DNA of 64,000 nt from the NCBI GenBank assembly GCA_964484065.1, contig CAZAEW010000002.1:75419-139418 (forward strand), written 5' to 3'. Source of the stretch: an uncultured Bacillus sp. GTDB taxonomy: Bacteria; Bacillota; Bacilli; Bacillales; Cytobacillaceae. Every line of letters starts with the position of its first letter. The first letter of the stretch is position 1. This document shows positions 20,089 through 29,049 of the stretch, in pieces. The notes below the pieces were generated by a model that was given only the letters and a program-made list of their open reading frames with translations, was not told where the DNA came from and ran no database searches. Position numbers and translations under genes: made by a program.

Positions 20089-20802
20089 TTAATTAAGCCC
20101 GCAAATTTCATTCCGGCAATTTTGGCAATCAACGGAATGTCGTAAGTAGTTTAGCTTTTTAACAATAAATTTCTGCTGGTCATAATAAATAACATCTTTC
20201 TCCCGCAATTCCTTTAAGGACCGCTGGATCACTTCTCTTGTTCCATAGGTTAAATTAGCCAGTTCTTGATGAGTAATAGGTATGTCAATCAGAATCCCTT
20301 CTTCCGTTGGAATCCCGTAGGAATGGCAAAGTCTAATTAAAATGGAGTATAAACCGCCTTTTTTCCCATTCATTATCAGATCCTGACATTTCATCTGTGC
20401 TTTCAAATAGCCGGTGCTGAGCCAAGCTACCAAAGAATTAATGGCTTGTGGGTCATTTTTAATATACTCCTCGAACTTACTTCTTTTAACGGCAAGAAAT
20501 TCGCAGTCTGATAAAGTTTTCGCAAAGAAAGAATAATATGGATTTTCGGCGAATAGCTGATACTCTACTAAAATCTCCCGGCTGTGCAGAATTTTTAAAA
20601 TAAATTCTTTGCCCCTCATATGAACACGGCCGATGGAAATGCTTCCTTTTAGAATTAAATATATATATTCCACAGGATCTTTTTCTTGAAAGAGCACTGT
20701 TCCTGCTTTTATTTTTTGAATCTGCTCTGTATCCTCAAAAAACTGCACCAATAAACGATATAAGGAAACGCTGTCATTCTGCATCTTTAGTACCCCTTTC
20801 AT
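20089..20802 (-). CDS. fnr: Crp/Fnr-family anaerobic regulator, Bacillus Fnr type
   Basis: 237 aa with a cNMP-binding-like N-terminal domain and an HTH. The C-terminal Cys cluster C-x2-C-x4-C (VDCQNCRNEICGLN) matches the 4Fe-4S ligands C227/C230/C235 of B. subtilis Fnr. Confidence 0.8.
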   Translation of the reverse strand: MKGVLKMQNDSVSLYRLLVQFFEDTEQIQKIKAGTVLFQEKDPVEYIYLILKGSISIGRVHMRGKEFILKILHSREILVEYQLFAENPYYSFFAKTLSDCEFLAVKRSKFEEYIKNDPQAINSLVAWLSTGYLKAQMKCQDLIMNGKKGGLYSILIRLCHSYGIPTEEGILIDIPITHQELANLTYGTREVIQRSLKELREKDVIYYDQQKFIVKKLNYLRHSVDCQNCRNEICGLN

Positions 20803-21154
20803 TCCTCTTTCTCCTACTATTGATTTAAAAGATTTATATGCAACATGTCAATAGAATCAGAGTCTGGATGAACGGCCAAAAAAGGCCAGGTATGACAAAA
20901 ATCGCTGACAGAGTGCTGTTTTTCTGGTTGTGACATTTTATTGAATTTTTCACAAGCAGCCGTGCTGGAGAAATAATCGGTATAAAATTTTTGAAAATGG
21001 ATATTTTATTTATGTTGGAGCAGAGCTTTTCATTTGAAACGATTACCCAACTTTGGTAATCTATGCTCAAGAGCTTTAGAACCATTCTAAAATCATAACA
21101 ATTCTAGAATGGGATTTTAGCTGAAAAAATGTTTAAACATAGGAGGATTTAAAA

Positions 21155-21763
21155 ATGGCATTTGAATTACCACAATTACCTTATGCATACGATGCACTTG
21201 AACCACACATTGACAAGGAAACGATGACTATTCATCACACAAAACATCACAACACATATGTAACCAATTTAAATAATGCAATTGCAGGGAACCAAGAGTT
21301 ATTATCTAAAACAGTTGAAGAGATCGTTGCTAATTTGGATGCGGTGCCGGAATCTATCCGTACTGCAGTGCGCAATAATGGCGGCGGACACGCAAACCAC
21401 TCTCTTTTCTGGCAGCTTTTATCACCAAATGGCGGCGGTCAGCCAACAGGAGAATTAGCTGATGCTATCACAGCAAAATTCGGAAGCTTTGAAAACTTCC
21501 AAGATGAATTCAACAAAGCTGCTACTGGCCGCTTTGGCTCCGGCTGGGCATGGCTTGTTGTTAATAACGGCCAAATAGAAATTACAAGCACAGCAAACCA
21601 AGATTCTCCATTATCAGAGGGTAAAACTCCAGTACTCGCTCTTGATGTATGGGAGCATGCTTACTACTTAAAATATCAAAACCGTCGTCCGGAATACATT
21701 ACAGCATTCTGGAATGTTGTTAACTGGGACGAAGTTTCAAAACGCTATAATGCAGCTAAATAA
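21155..21763 (+). CDS. sodA: Mn superoxide dismutase
   Basis: 202 aa with RBS AGGAGGA. It has the HHTKHH metal-ligand region and the [15 protein letters not shown] signature. Confidence 0.95.
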   Translation: MAFELPQLPYAYDALEPHIDKETMTIHHTKHHNTYVTNLNNAIAGNQELLSKTVEEIVANLDAVPESIRTAVRNNGGGHANHSLFWQLLSPNGGGQPTGELADAITAKFGSFENFQDEFNKAATGRFGSGWAWLVVNNGQIEITSTANQDSPLSEGKTPVLALDVWEHAYYLKYQNRRPEYITAFWNVVNWDEVSKRYNAAK

Positions 21764-21775
21764 TGAATACAGTGC

Positions 21776-21808
21776 AAAAAGCAGCCAATCGGCTGCTTTT
21801 TGTTTTTT
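21776..21808 (+). terminator. intrinsic terminator of sodA
   Basis: Stem AAAAAGCAGCC / GGCTGCTTTTT with loop AATC, followed by a T-run. Confidence 0.8.
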
Positions 21809-21876
21809 CTTTTACACAAAATGAATAAGTCAGGGCGTCAGGTTGAAGACTACCCATATGAAAAAGGGGAGTCGTT

Positions 21877-23094
21877 ATGGTAAAAAAATATAAGTTCATT
21901 GGTGACGTCGAATTAAATAAAGATTTATTATTGCTGTTAACGATTGGCGGTTTATATTCGTTGAGTGTGGCTCTTTCGAATACATTTGTTAATATTTATT
22001 TATGGAAACAAACCGGTGAATTTTCTGACTTAGCTCTCTACAATTTAGCGATTGTCGTTCTTCAGCCAATCACCTTTATTTTAGCGGGAAGATGGGCAAA
22101 AAAAATCGACAGAGTAATCGTTCTTCGAATTGGTGTTATTTTTTTAGCTTTTTTTTACCTGATGGTTCTTTTTGCCGGCACCCATGCTGCAAAGTACCTG
22201 CTTTTATTAGGAAGTTTACTTGGGGTTGGTTACGGGTTTTACTGGCTTGCCTATAATGTGCTGACATTTGAAATAACCGAGCCGGAAACAAGAGATTTCT
22301 TTAACGGTTTTCTGGGGATTCTTTCCTCAACGGGAGGAATGATCGGACCGATCGCAGCGGGATTTATCATTACCAGATTGGAGAAATTCACCGGCTATTC
22401 AATTGTATTTGGCTTATCATTGGCACTTTTCTCTCTCGCAGTGTTTTTAAGCTTTTCTTTAAAACCTCGTCCGGCAAATGGTGATTACTGCTTTCAGCGG
22501 ATCTGGCAGGAACGGAAAAATAATCAAAATTGGCGCCATATAACAAATGCCCACCTTTTTCAAGGACTCCGTGAAGGAACGTTTTTATTTGTCATTTCTG
22601 TCTTTGTATATGTATCCACAGGGAGTGAGCTAGCACTAGGTACATACGGGCTGATAAATTCCGGTATATCGTTTATTGCTTATTATTTGGCAGCCCGCCT
22701 TATCAAAAAAAACGATCGGAAGAAGGCTGTATTATTAGGAGGAATTGCTTTATATGCGGCGATTTTTTTAATTATTTGGGACATTAATTTCGTCAAGCTG
22801 ATCCTGTATGCAGCAGTAATTGCCGTGGCCTATCCGGTGCTGCTTGTTCCTTACATATCAACCACATACGATGTAATCGGGACCGGCTGGAAAGCGGCTG
22901 AAATGAGAATTGAATATATTGTTGTCCGCGAAATATTTTTAAATATAGGCAGGATTATCTCCATCTTAATGTTCCTTGGAGCAATTACTTTCTTTAATGA
23001 AGATAAGAGCATCCCGGTTCTTTTATTAATTTTAGGAGCAGGTCACACATGCATTTATTTATTTATAAAAAAAGTTCGGCTGCCTTCCATGTAA
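21877..23094 (+). CDS. yqgE: MFS-type transporter, YqgE-like
   Basis: 405 aa with about 12 predicted TM helices. Same position as B. subtilis yqgE, between sodA and pbpA. Confidence 0.7.
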   Translation: MVKKYKFIGDVELNKDLLLLLTIGGLYSLSVALSNTFVNIYLWKQTGEFSDLALYNLAIVVLQPITFILAGRWAKKIDRVIVLRIGVIFLAFFYLMVLFAGTHAAKYLLLLGSLLGVGYGFYWLAYNVLTFEITEPETRDFFNGFLGILSSTGGMIGPIAAGFIITRLEKFTGYSIVFGLSLALFSLAVFLSFSLKPRPANGDYCFQRIWQERKNNQNWRHITNAHLFQGLREGTFLFVISVFVYVSTGSELALGTYGLINSGISFIAYYLAARLIKKNDRKKAVLLGGIALYAAIFLIIWDINFVKLILYAAVIAVAYPVLLVPYISTTYDVIGTGWKAAEMRIEYIVVREIFLNIGRIISILMFLGAITFFNEDKSIPVLLLILGAGHTCIYLFIKKVRLPSM

Positions 23095-23096
23095 GA

Positions 23097-23130
23097 ACAC
23101 GATAAGTGAATTAACTTATTGTGTTTTTTT
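23097..23130 (+). terminator. intrinsic terminator of yqgE
   Basis: 11-bp stem ACACGATAAGT / ACTTATTGTGT (one G-U pair) with loop GAATTA, followed by T7. Confidence 0.75.
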
Positions 23131-23168
23131 AGCTAATCAGAATTTATTTCCATAAATTCTGATTACGC

Positions 23169-23288
23169 ATAAGTGCACTAAGGAACGCCTCGTGAGCATA
23201 AGCTTCGCAACCGAAAAGCTGTGCTTTTCGGTGAACTACGCCTCTGTCTTCGCCCTGAAGGGGCTCGCCAATCGGCGAGTTTTCTTTA
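23169..23288 (+). repeat. intergenic structured repeat, copy 2 (best preserved)
   Basis: Head ATAAGTGCACTAAGGAACGCC, perfect central hairpin ACCGAAAAGC-TGT-GCTTTTCGGT, and tail hairpin CTCGCC-AATC-GGCGAG followed by TTTTCTTT. Confidence 0.85.
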
Positions 23289-23379
23289 TTACAAAATTGG
23301 TTATTTATATACAGAATTAGAATTATTTTGTAAAATATTGATAATAAATAACGTGTGAAACAGGATGGGGTAGTTTCTG

Positions 23380-25530
23380 TTGAAAGATAAACCGAAACAT
23401 AAGAAAAAACGAATAGCAAAACGCTTGAACATCTTTTTTTTGAGTGTTTTTTTATTGTTTTCTGTGTTAATTCTCAGATTGGGAGTTATTCAAATCGTAT
23501 ACGGTAAAGATTTTAAACGAGAGATTCAAAGAATCGAAAATGTAGATGTCAACAATCCGGTGCCACGCGGAAAAATATATGACCGGAATGGAAAGATCAT
23601 AGTCGATAATACACCATTAAACACCATTACTTATACGAAGGGAAAACATTCAGACCAAAAGGAAATGCTTGAAATTGCCGAAAAACTTTCTAATGTAATT
23701 GCAATTGATACTTCAAAAATTCGTGACCGGGACAAAAAAGATTATTGGATCTTGAAGAATCCTAAAAAAGCAAAAAAATTAATCACGAAAAAAGAAATGG
23801 AATTATACGATCAAAAGAAGCTGAATGACAAACAGGTATATAGTCTTCAGTTAAAAAGAATCAGCAAAAAGGATATTAGTCATTTTTCAGAGAAAGACTT
23901 GAAAATTCTAGCGATTTTTCGCCAAATGAACAGCGGATATGCGTCAACCCCGCAATTGGTAAAGAATAAGGATGTGACGCAGCAGGAATTCGCCATCATC
24001 AGTGAAAATCTTGAGAAGCTCCCGGGGGTGGATACCACAATGGACTGGGAACGAAAGTATGTCTTTGGTGAAACCCTTAAAACGGTTCTGGGAAATGTAT
24101 CTTCTTCCGAAGAAGGACTGCCTAAAGAACAGATCGATAAATATTTAGCTCAGGGATATAGCCGCAATGACCGCGTTGGTACAAGCTACCTTGAGAAGAA
24201 ATATGAAGATGTGCTTCAAGGCCAAAAAGCAAAATTGAAAAATATAACCGATAAGTCGGGAAATATTGTCTCCACAGAATCTGTCACCGAAGGAAAAAGG
24301 GGCGACGATCTCGTTCTGACGATTGACATGGACCTGCAGCAGCAAGTTGAAAGCATTCTATCTGACGAACTTGCAAAAGCGAAACAGCATGAAGGCACGG
24401 CTTTACTTGATCGAGCTTTTGTTGTATTGATGGATCCGCATACCGGGGAAATCTTAACAATGGCTGGTAAGCAAATTGCAAAGAATCAGGAAACAGGAAG
24501 GTCTGAAATGCGTGATTTTGCTCTTGGCAATATTACGACTTCTTATAATGTTGGGTCTGCCGTTAAAGGGGCCACCATTTTAACAGGCTACGAAACCGGG
24601 GCGATTAAACCAGGTGATTATCAATTAGATGAACCGCTTTACATAAAAGGAACGAAAGTAAAGAAATCTTGGGAAACTTTCGGCAGAATTGATGATTTAA
24701 CTGCTTTGCAAGTTTCTTCAAACGTTTATATGTGGAAAACGGTCATTGCGATGGCGGGAGGGCGCTATGTTCCGAATCAGCCGTTGCCGCTGAAATTAGA
24801 TACATTTAATACTATACGGCATTCGTTCAGCCAGTATGGACTTGGAACCTTAACCGGAATTGATCTTCCTAACGAAACGGTTGGGTTTAAAGGGCCGATC
24901 AGACAAGAAACGGGTTTGCTTTTGGACCTTGTGATTGGGCAGTATGACACGTACACGAACATGCAATTAGCCCAATATATATCAACGATTGCCAACGGTG
25001 GATATCGGGTACAGCCCCATATTGTGAAAGAGATTCGCGAGCCATCAACCGAAAACAGCCGGCTTGGCCCGATTATAGAAGAGATTCAGCCAAGAATATT
25101 AAACAAAATCAATGCCCAGGATGATTGGATTAAACACGTTCAAGAGGGGCTTAGAAGAGTTGCTCAAGTAAAACCGGGGACAGCCGCAGGATACTTTGCC
25201 GGAGTCGATTACAGCCCAGCAGCAAAAACAGGGACAGCACAGGCTTTCTATGACGGACCGGAGCGTAAAAATTTTGGTAAAGAGCCTCCGGAAGTGATGA
25301 ATTTAAGTCTTGTTACCTTTGCGCCATTCGATAAACCCGAAATTGTGATGGCCATTCTCGTTCCATGGGCATATCAAGGCAATCAAACTCTTCCTGTAAA
25401 TGGCAACATTGGCCGAAGAGTCCTAGATTCGTATTTTAATTTAAAGAAACAGCGTCAAGGTGCAAATCAAAACCTTCCTTCAACCGAGGCTGTTGTACAA
25501 ATATCCGATCCCAATCTAGTACCGAATTAA
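23380..25530 (+). CDS. pbpA: class B penicillin-binding protein (PBP2a/PbpH type transpeptidase), copy 1
   Basis: 716 aa with a TTG start 9 nt after AGGATGGGG. N-terminal TM anchor, then transpeptidase motifs SAVK (SxxK), SSN (SxN) and KTGT. Position is syntenic with B. subtilis pbpA (yqgF). Confidence 0.85.
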   Translation: MKDKPKHKKKRIAKRLNIFFLSVFLLFSVLILRLGVIQIVYGKDFKREIQRIENVDVNNPVPRGKIYDRNGKIIVDNTPLNTITYTKGKHSDQKEMLEIAEKLSNVIAIDTSKIRDRDKKDYWILKNPKKAKKLITKKEMELYDQKKLNDKQVYSLQLKRISKKDISHFSEKDLKILAIFRQMNSGYASTPQLVKNKDVTQQEFAIISENLEKLPGVDTTMDWERKYVFGETLKTVLGNVSSSEEGLPKEQIDKYLAQGYSRNDRVGTSYLEKKYEDVLQGQKAKLKNITDKSGNIVSTESVTEGKRGDDLVLTIDMDLQQQVESILSDELAKAKQHEGTALLDRAFVVLMDPHTGEILTMAGKQIAKNQETGRSEMRDFALGNITTSYNVGSAVKGATILTGYETGAIKPGDYQLDEPLYIKGTKVKKSWETFGRIDDLTALQVSSNVYMWKTVIAMAGGRYVPNQPLPLKLDTFNTIRHSFSQYGLGTLTGIDLPNETVGFKGPIRQETGLLLDLVIGQYDTYTNMQLAQYISTIANGGYRVQPHIVKEIREPSTENSRLGPIIEEIQPRILNKINAQDDWIKHVQEGLRRVAQVKPGTAAGYFAGVDYSPAAKTGTAQAFYDGPERKNFGKEPPEVMNLSLVTFAPFDKPEIVMAILVPWAYQGNQTLPVNGNIGRRVLDSYFNLKKQRQGANQNLPSTEAVVQISDPNLVPN

Positions 25531-25683
25531 ACTTCAAAGCTGATAAAGGTCAAAAAACTATCTGAAATGGGGCATTTATTTAATTCTTTAATTGGCAAGG
25601 GTTCCTTATGGTAAAAATACTAGTTTTCTTTTAAAATATAGATTGTGCTATTGTATGTTTTAAAAAGGAAGTGGTATTTTCCA

Positions 25684-27849
25684 TTGAATAATAAACCGAA
25701 AAAAAAGAAAAAACGTGTTTCGTTCCGCTTAAACATGTTATTCTTTGCTGTATTTTTGCTGTTTTGCGCATTGATTCTTAGATTAGGCGTTGTCCAGATT
25801 GTCTACGGCGAAGATTACAACCGAGAAGTCCAAAGAACCGATAATGTCACTATTAACAATCCGGTGCCGCGCGGGAAAATATATGATCGCAATGGAAAGG
25901 TTATCGTTGATAATACCCCATTAAATGCGGTTACGTTTACAAAAGGACAAAATGCCAATACGAAGGATATGCTTCAGATTGCAAAAAAACTAGGAAACTT
26001 AATTTCTCTTGATACAAAGAAAATACGTGACCGGGACAAAAAAGATTATTGGATCTTAAAACACCCGGCAAAAGCAAAAGCATTGATCACCAAAAAAGAA
26101 TGGGCTTTATATGATGAAAAGAAACTTGATGATAAACAGATTTACAATCTGCAATTAAAACGAATCACTAAAAAGGATATCGGTTCTTTTTCACAGAAAG
26201 ATTTAAACATTTTGGCTATCTTTCGACAGATGAACAGCGGGTATGCACTAACACCTCAAATTGTAAAGAACAAGGATGTTACACCTGAAGAATATGCGGT
26301 CATCAGTGAAAATCTTGAGAAGCTGCGAGGCGTTGATACAACGACGGATTGGGAGCGCAAATATGTATTTGGAGATACGCTGAAAACGGTTTTGGGCAAC
26401 GTTTCTTCCTCTGAAGAAGGTTTGCCGAAAGAGCAGCTTGATAAATTTCTCGCTCAAGGATACAGCCGCAATGACCGTGTTGGGAAAAGCTATCTGGAAA
26501 TGGAATATGAAGATGTTCTTCAAGGTCAAAAAGCCAAAGTGAAAAATATTACCGATAAATCAGGTAATATTCTCTCAACCGAAACCGTTTCGGATGGTCA
26601 AAGAGGAGACGATCTCGTCCTTACGATTGACATGGATCTTCAACAGCAGGCTGAAAATATTATTTCCGAGGAACTTTTAAAAGCAAAACAAAGCGGAAAT
26701 ACAGGATTGTTAGACCGGGCTTTTGTTGTGTTAATGAACCCGCATACCGGTGATGTATTGACGATGGCCGGCAAAAAAATTGAAAAAGACCCGGACACAG
26801 GAAAAATGGTGCTGAAGGATTTTGCCCTTGGCAATATTACAACATCCTATAACGTAGGATCTGCCGTAAAGGGTGCCACCATTTTGACAGGATATGAAAC
26901 CGGTGCGATAAAGCCTGGATCAACTCAGGTCGATGAACCGTTAATGATTAAAAATACCCCTGTTAAAAAATCTTGGAAAACGTTCGGTACGATTAATGAT
27001 TTAAGGGCACTGCAGGTTTCCTCAAACGTATATATGTGGAAAACGGTTATCGCCATGGCAGGGGGGCACTATGCTCCAAATCAGCCGTTGCCATTGAACT
27101 TAAATACTTTTGACACAATGCGCCAATCGTTCAGCCAGTTTGGATTGGGGACTCTAACGGGAATTGATTTGCCGAATGAAACGGCAGGATTTAAAGGACC
27201 GGAAAGAAAACCTGGTTTGCTTTTGGACCTTGCGATTGGGCAGTATGATACCTATACAACGATGCAGCTGGCGCAATATGTTTCAGCGATCGCTAACGGC
27301 GGCTATCGTGTGCAGCCGCATCTCGTCAAGGAAATTCGGGAACCATCAGGCAATAACAATTTGCTCGGACCGCTTGTAGAAGAAATTCAGCCAAAAATCT
27401 TAAATAAAGTGAATGCTCAGGATGATTGGATTAAACGTGTTCAGGAAGGATTTCGGATGGTTGCACAGGTTGGCGATGGTACTGCCGTCCATTACTTTGC
27501 TGGAGTGGATTACAGTCCTGCAGCAAAAACAGGTACCGCACAGGCTTTCTATGACGGTCCCGACCGTAAAAAGTTTGGGAAAGAGCCGCCTGAAGTGATG
27601 AATTTAAGCCTAGTAACGTTTGCTCCTTATGATAATCCGGAAATTGCCATGGCTGTATTAGTTCCATGGGCATATCAGGGCAATTCGGGTCCAACGATCA
27701 ACGGAAACATTGGCCGCAGAGTGCTGGATGCTTATTTTAACTTAAAGAAACAGCGTCAGCAGGCAAATCAAAACCTGCCTTCCTCTAATGCTATTGTCCA
27801 AAATACGGACCCAAACCAAGCAGTTCAAGTAAATACACAAGCACAATAA
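25684..27849 (+). CDS. class B penicillin-binding protein, tandem paralog (copy 2)
   Basis: Collinear with copy 1 over its whole length and has the same SAVK/SSN/KTGT motifs. TTG 25684, 9 nt after GGAAGTGG, aligns with the copy-1 start. The track start at 25645 is probably an over-extension. Confidence 0.85.
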   Translation: MNNKPKKKKKRVSFRLNMLFFAVFLLFCALILRLGVVQIVYGEDYNREVQRTDNVTINNPVPRGKIYDRNGKVIVDNTPLNAVTFTKGQNANTKDMLQIAKKLGNLISLDTKKIRDRDKKDYWILKHPAKAKALITKKEWALYDEKKLDDKQIYNLQLKRITKKDIGSFSQKDLNILAIFRQMNSGYALTPQIVKNKDVTPEEYAVISENLEKLRGVDTTTDWERKYVFGDTLKTVLGNVSSSEEGLPKEQLDKFLAQGYSRNDRVGKSYLEMEYEDVLQGQKAKVKNITDKSGNILSTETVSDGQRGDDLVLTIDMDLQQQAENIISEELLKAKQSGNTGLLDRAFVVLMNPHTGDVLTMAGKKIEKDPDTGKMVLKDFALGNITTSYNVGSAVKGATILTGYETGAIKPGSTQVDEPLMIKNTPVKKSWKTFGTINDLRALQVSSNVYMWKTVIAMAGGHYAPNQPLPLNLNTFDTMRQSFSQFGLGTLTGIDLPNETAGFKGPERKPGLLLDLAIGQYDTYTTMQLAQYVSAIANGGYRVQPHLVKEIREPSGNNNLLGPLVEEIQPKILNKVNAQDDWIKRVQEGFRMVAQVGDGTAVHYFAGVDYSPAAKTGTAQAFYDGPDRKKFGKEPPEVMNLSLVTFAPYDNPEIAMAVLVPWAYQGNSGPTINGNIGRRVLDAYFNLKKQRQQANQNLPSSNAIVQNTDPNQAVQVNTQAQ

Positions 27850-27853
27850 AGGG

Positions 27854-27893
27854 AAAAAACCTGTCTTTTTAATTAGACAGGTTTTTTCTTTTT
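27854..27893 (+). terminator. intrinsic terminator after the second PBP gene
   Basis: 13-bp stem AAAAAACCTGTCT / AGACAGGTTTTTT, followed by a T-rich tract. Confidence 0.8.
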
Positions 27894-27960
27894 CTTTGAA
27901 TCTTACAATTCTCGACAACATCGATCGTATCATTGACGAATTTCGTATAAAAAACACGAA

Positions 27961-28020
27961 TTTACAAAACATTTACATACGGTTAAAACTCGGTTAATAC
28001 TAATCCGTTAATCTATAAAT
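27961..28020 (+). promoter_or_regulatory. PhoP-box array and -10 element of the pst promoter
   Basis: Direct repeats TTTACA, TTTACA, TTAAAA and TTAATA start at 27961, 27972, 27983 and 27994 (11-bp phasing). TTAATC follows at 28008, then TATAAAT as the -10. There is no -35, as in B. subtilis PhoP-activated promoters. Confidence 0.65.
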
Positions 28021-28059
28021 GTAAAACAAAACGACCAAAATTAGGGGGAAACAAAGAAA

Positions 28060-28971
28060 ATGAAGAGTTTCAAAAAACTGGCATTACCAATGGTTATCGC
28101 AGCATTAATGGCGATTATGGCTGCATGTGGCGGCGGCGCTTCGAAAACAGATACCGCTTCTAAAAATACAAATGAGCAGAAAAAGGAACTCTCCGGCTCA
28201 TTGGTAATCTCTGGTTCAACTGCATTACAACCTTTAGCTGCAGCAGCTGCTGAAAAGTTTATGAACGAAAATCCAAAAGTTAGCATCCAAGTAAACGGCG
28301 GCGGATCTGGTACAGGCTTATCACAGGTTGCACAAGGTGCGGTACAAATCGGTAACTCTGACCTTTTTGCTGAAGAAAAGAACATGCCTGCTGATCAGTT
28401 GCAAGATCATAAAGTAGCAGTAGTTGGTATTACAGCTGCGGTAAATCCTAAGGTTGGCATTAAAGATATTAAAAAAGACGATTTGATTAAAGTATTCACT
28501 GGCAAAATTACAAACTGGAAAGAACTTGGCGGAGAGGACCAAAAAATTGTTCTTGTAAACCGTCCGGATTCATCTGGTACACGTGCTGTATTCAATAAGT
28601 TAGCACTTGATGGTGCAACACCTGCCCAAGGAATTACAGAAGATGCTTCAAATACAGTTAAAAAGATTATCAACGAAACTCCTGGAGCAATTGGTTACCT
28701 TGCATTCTCATACTTAACTGACGACACTGTTACTGGACTTTCTATCGATGGTGTTAAACCAACATCTGAAAATGTACAAACTGGTAAATTCCCTGTTTGG
28801 GCTTACGAGCACGCGTATACAAAAGGCGAAGCAACTGACCTTGCAAAAGCATTTCTTGATTATATGATGAGTGATGAAATTCAATCCTCTATCGTAAAAC
28901 AACAAGGTTACCTTCCTGTAAATAAGATGGAAGTAGAACGTGACGCTACTGGTAAAGTGACAAAGAAATAA
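28060..28971 (+). CDS. pstS: phosphate ABC transporter substrate-binding lipoprotein
   Basis: 303 aa with a signal peptide and lipobox (IMAACGG). PBP-like domain containing SGSTALQPL and GGGSGTG. Confidence 0.92.
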   Translation: MKSFKKLALPMVIAALMAIMAACGGGASKTDTASKNTNEQKKELSGSLVISGSTALQPLAAAAAEKFMNENPKVSIQVNGGGSGTGLSQVAQGAVQIGNSDLFAEEKNMPADQLQDHKVAVVGITAAVNPKVGIKDIKKDDLIKVFTGKITNWKELGGEDQKIVLVNRPDSSGTRAVFNKLALDGATPAQGITEDASNTVKKIINETPGAIGYLAFSYLTDDTVTGLSIDGVKPTSENVQTGKFPVWAYEHAYTKGEATDLAKAFLDYMMSDEIQSSIVKQQGYLPVNKMEVERDATGKVTKK

Positions 28972-28989
28972 ACTTCGATAATGAAGAGG

Positions 28990-29017
28990 GGGTAAAAACT
29001 CGGGAGAGTTTTTACCC
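28990..29017 (+). promoter_or_regulatory. intercistronic stem-loop between pstS and pstC
   Basis: Perfect 12-bp stem GGGTAAAAACTC / GAGTTTTTACCC with loop GGGA and no clear U-tract. Likely an mRNA-stability or attenuation element giving excess PstS. Confidence 0.55.
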
Positions 29018-29049
29018 TAATATGCTGTAATTTAGGGGTGTTTTATAGT

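Noticed and set aside
20834-21085. An 83-aa minus-strand ORF in the fnr-sodA intergenic region.
   Set aside because: It has no RBS, is AT-rich with low complexity, and overlaps the probable promoter and operator region of both flanking genes.
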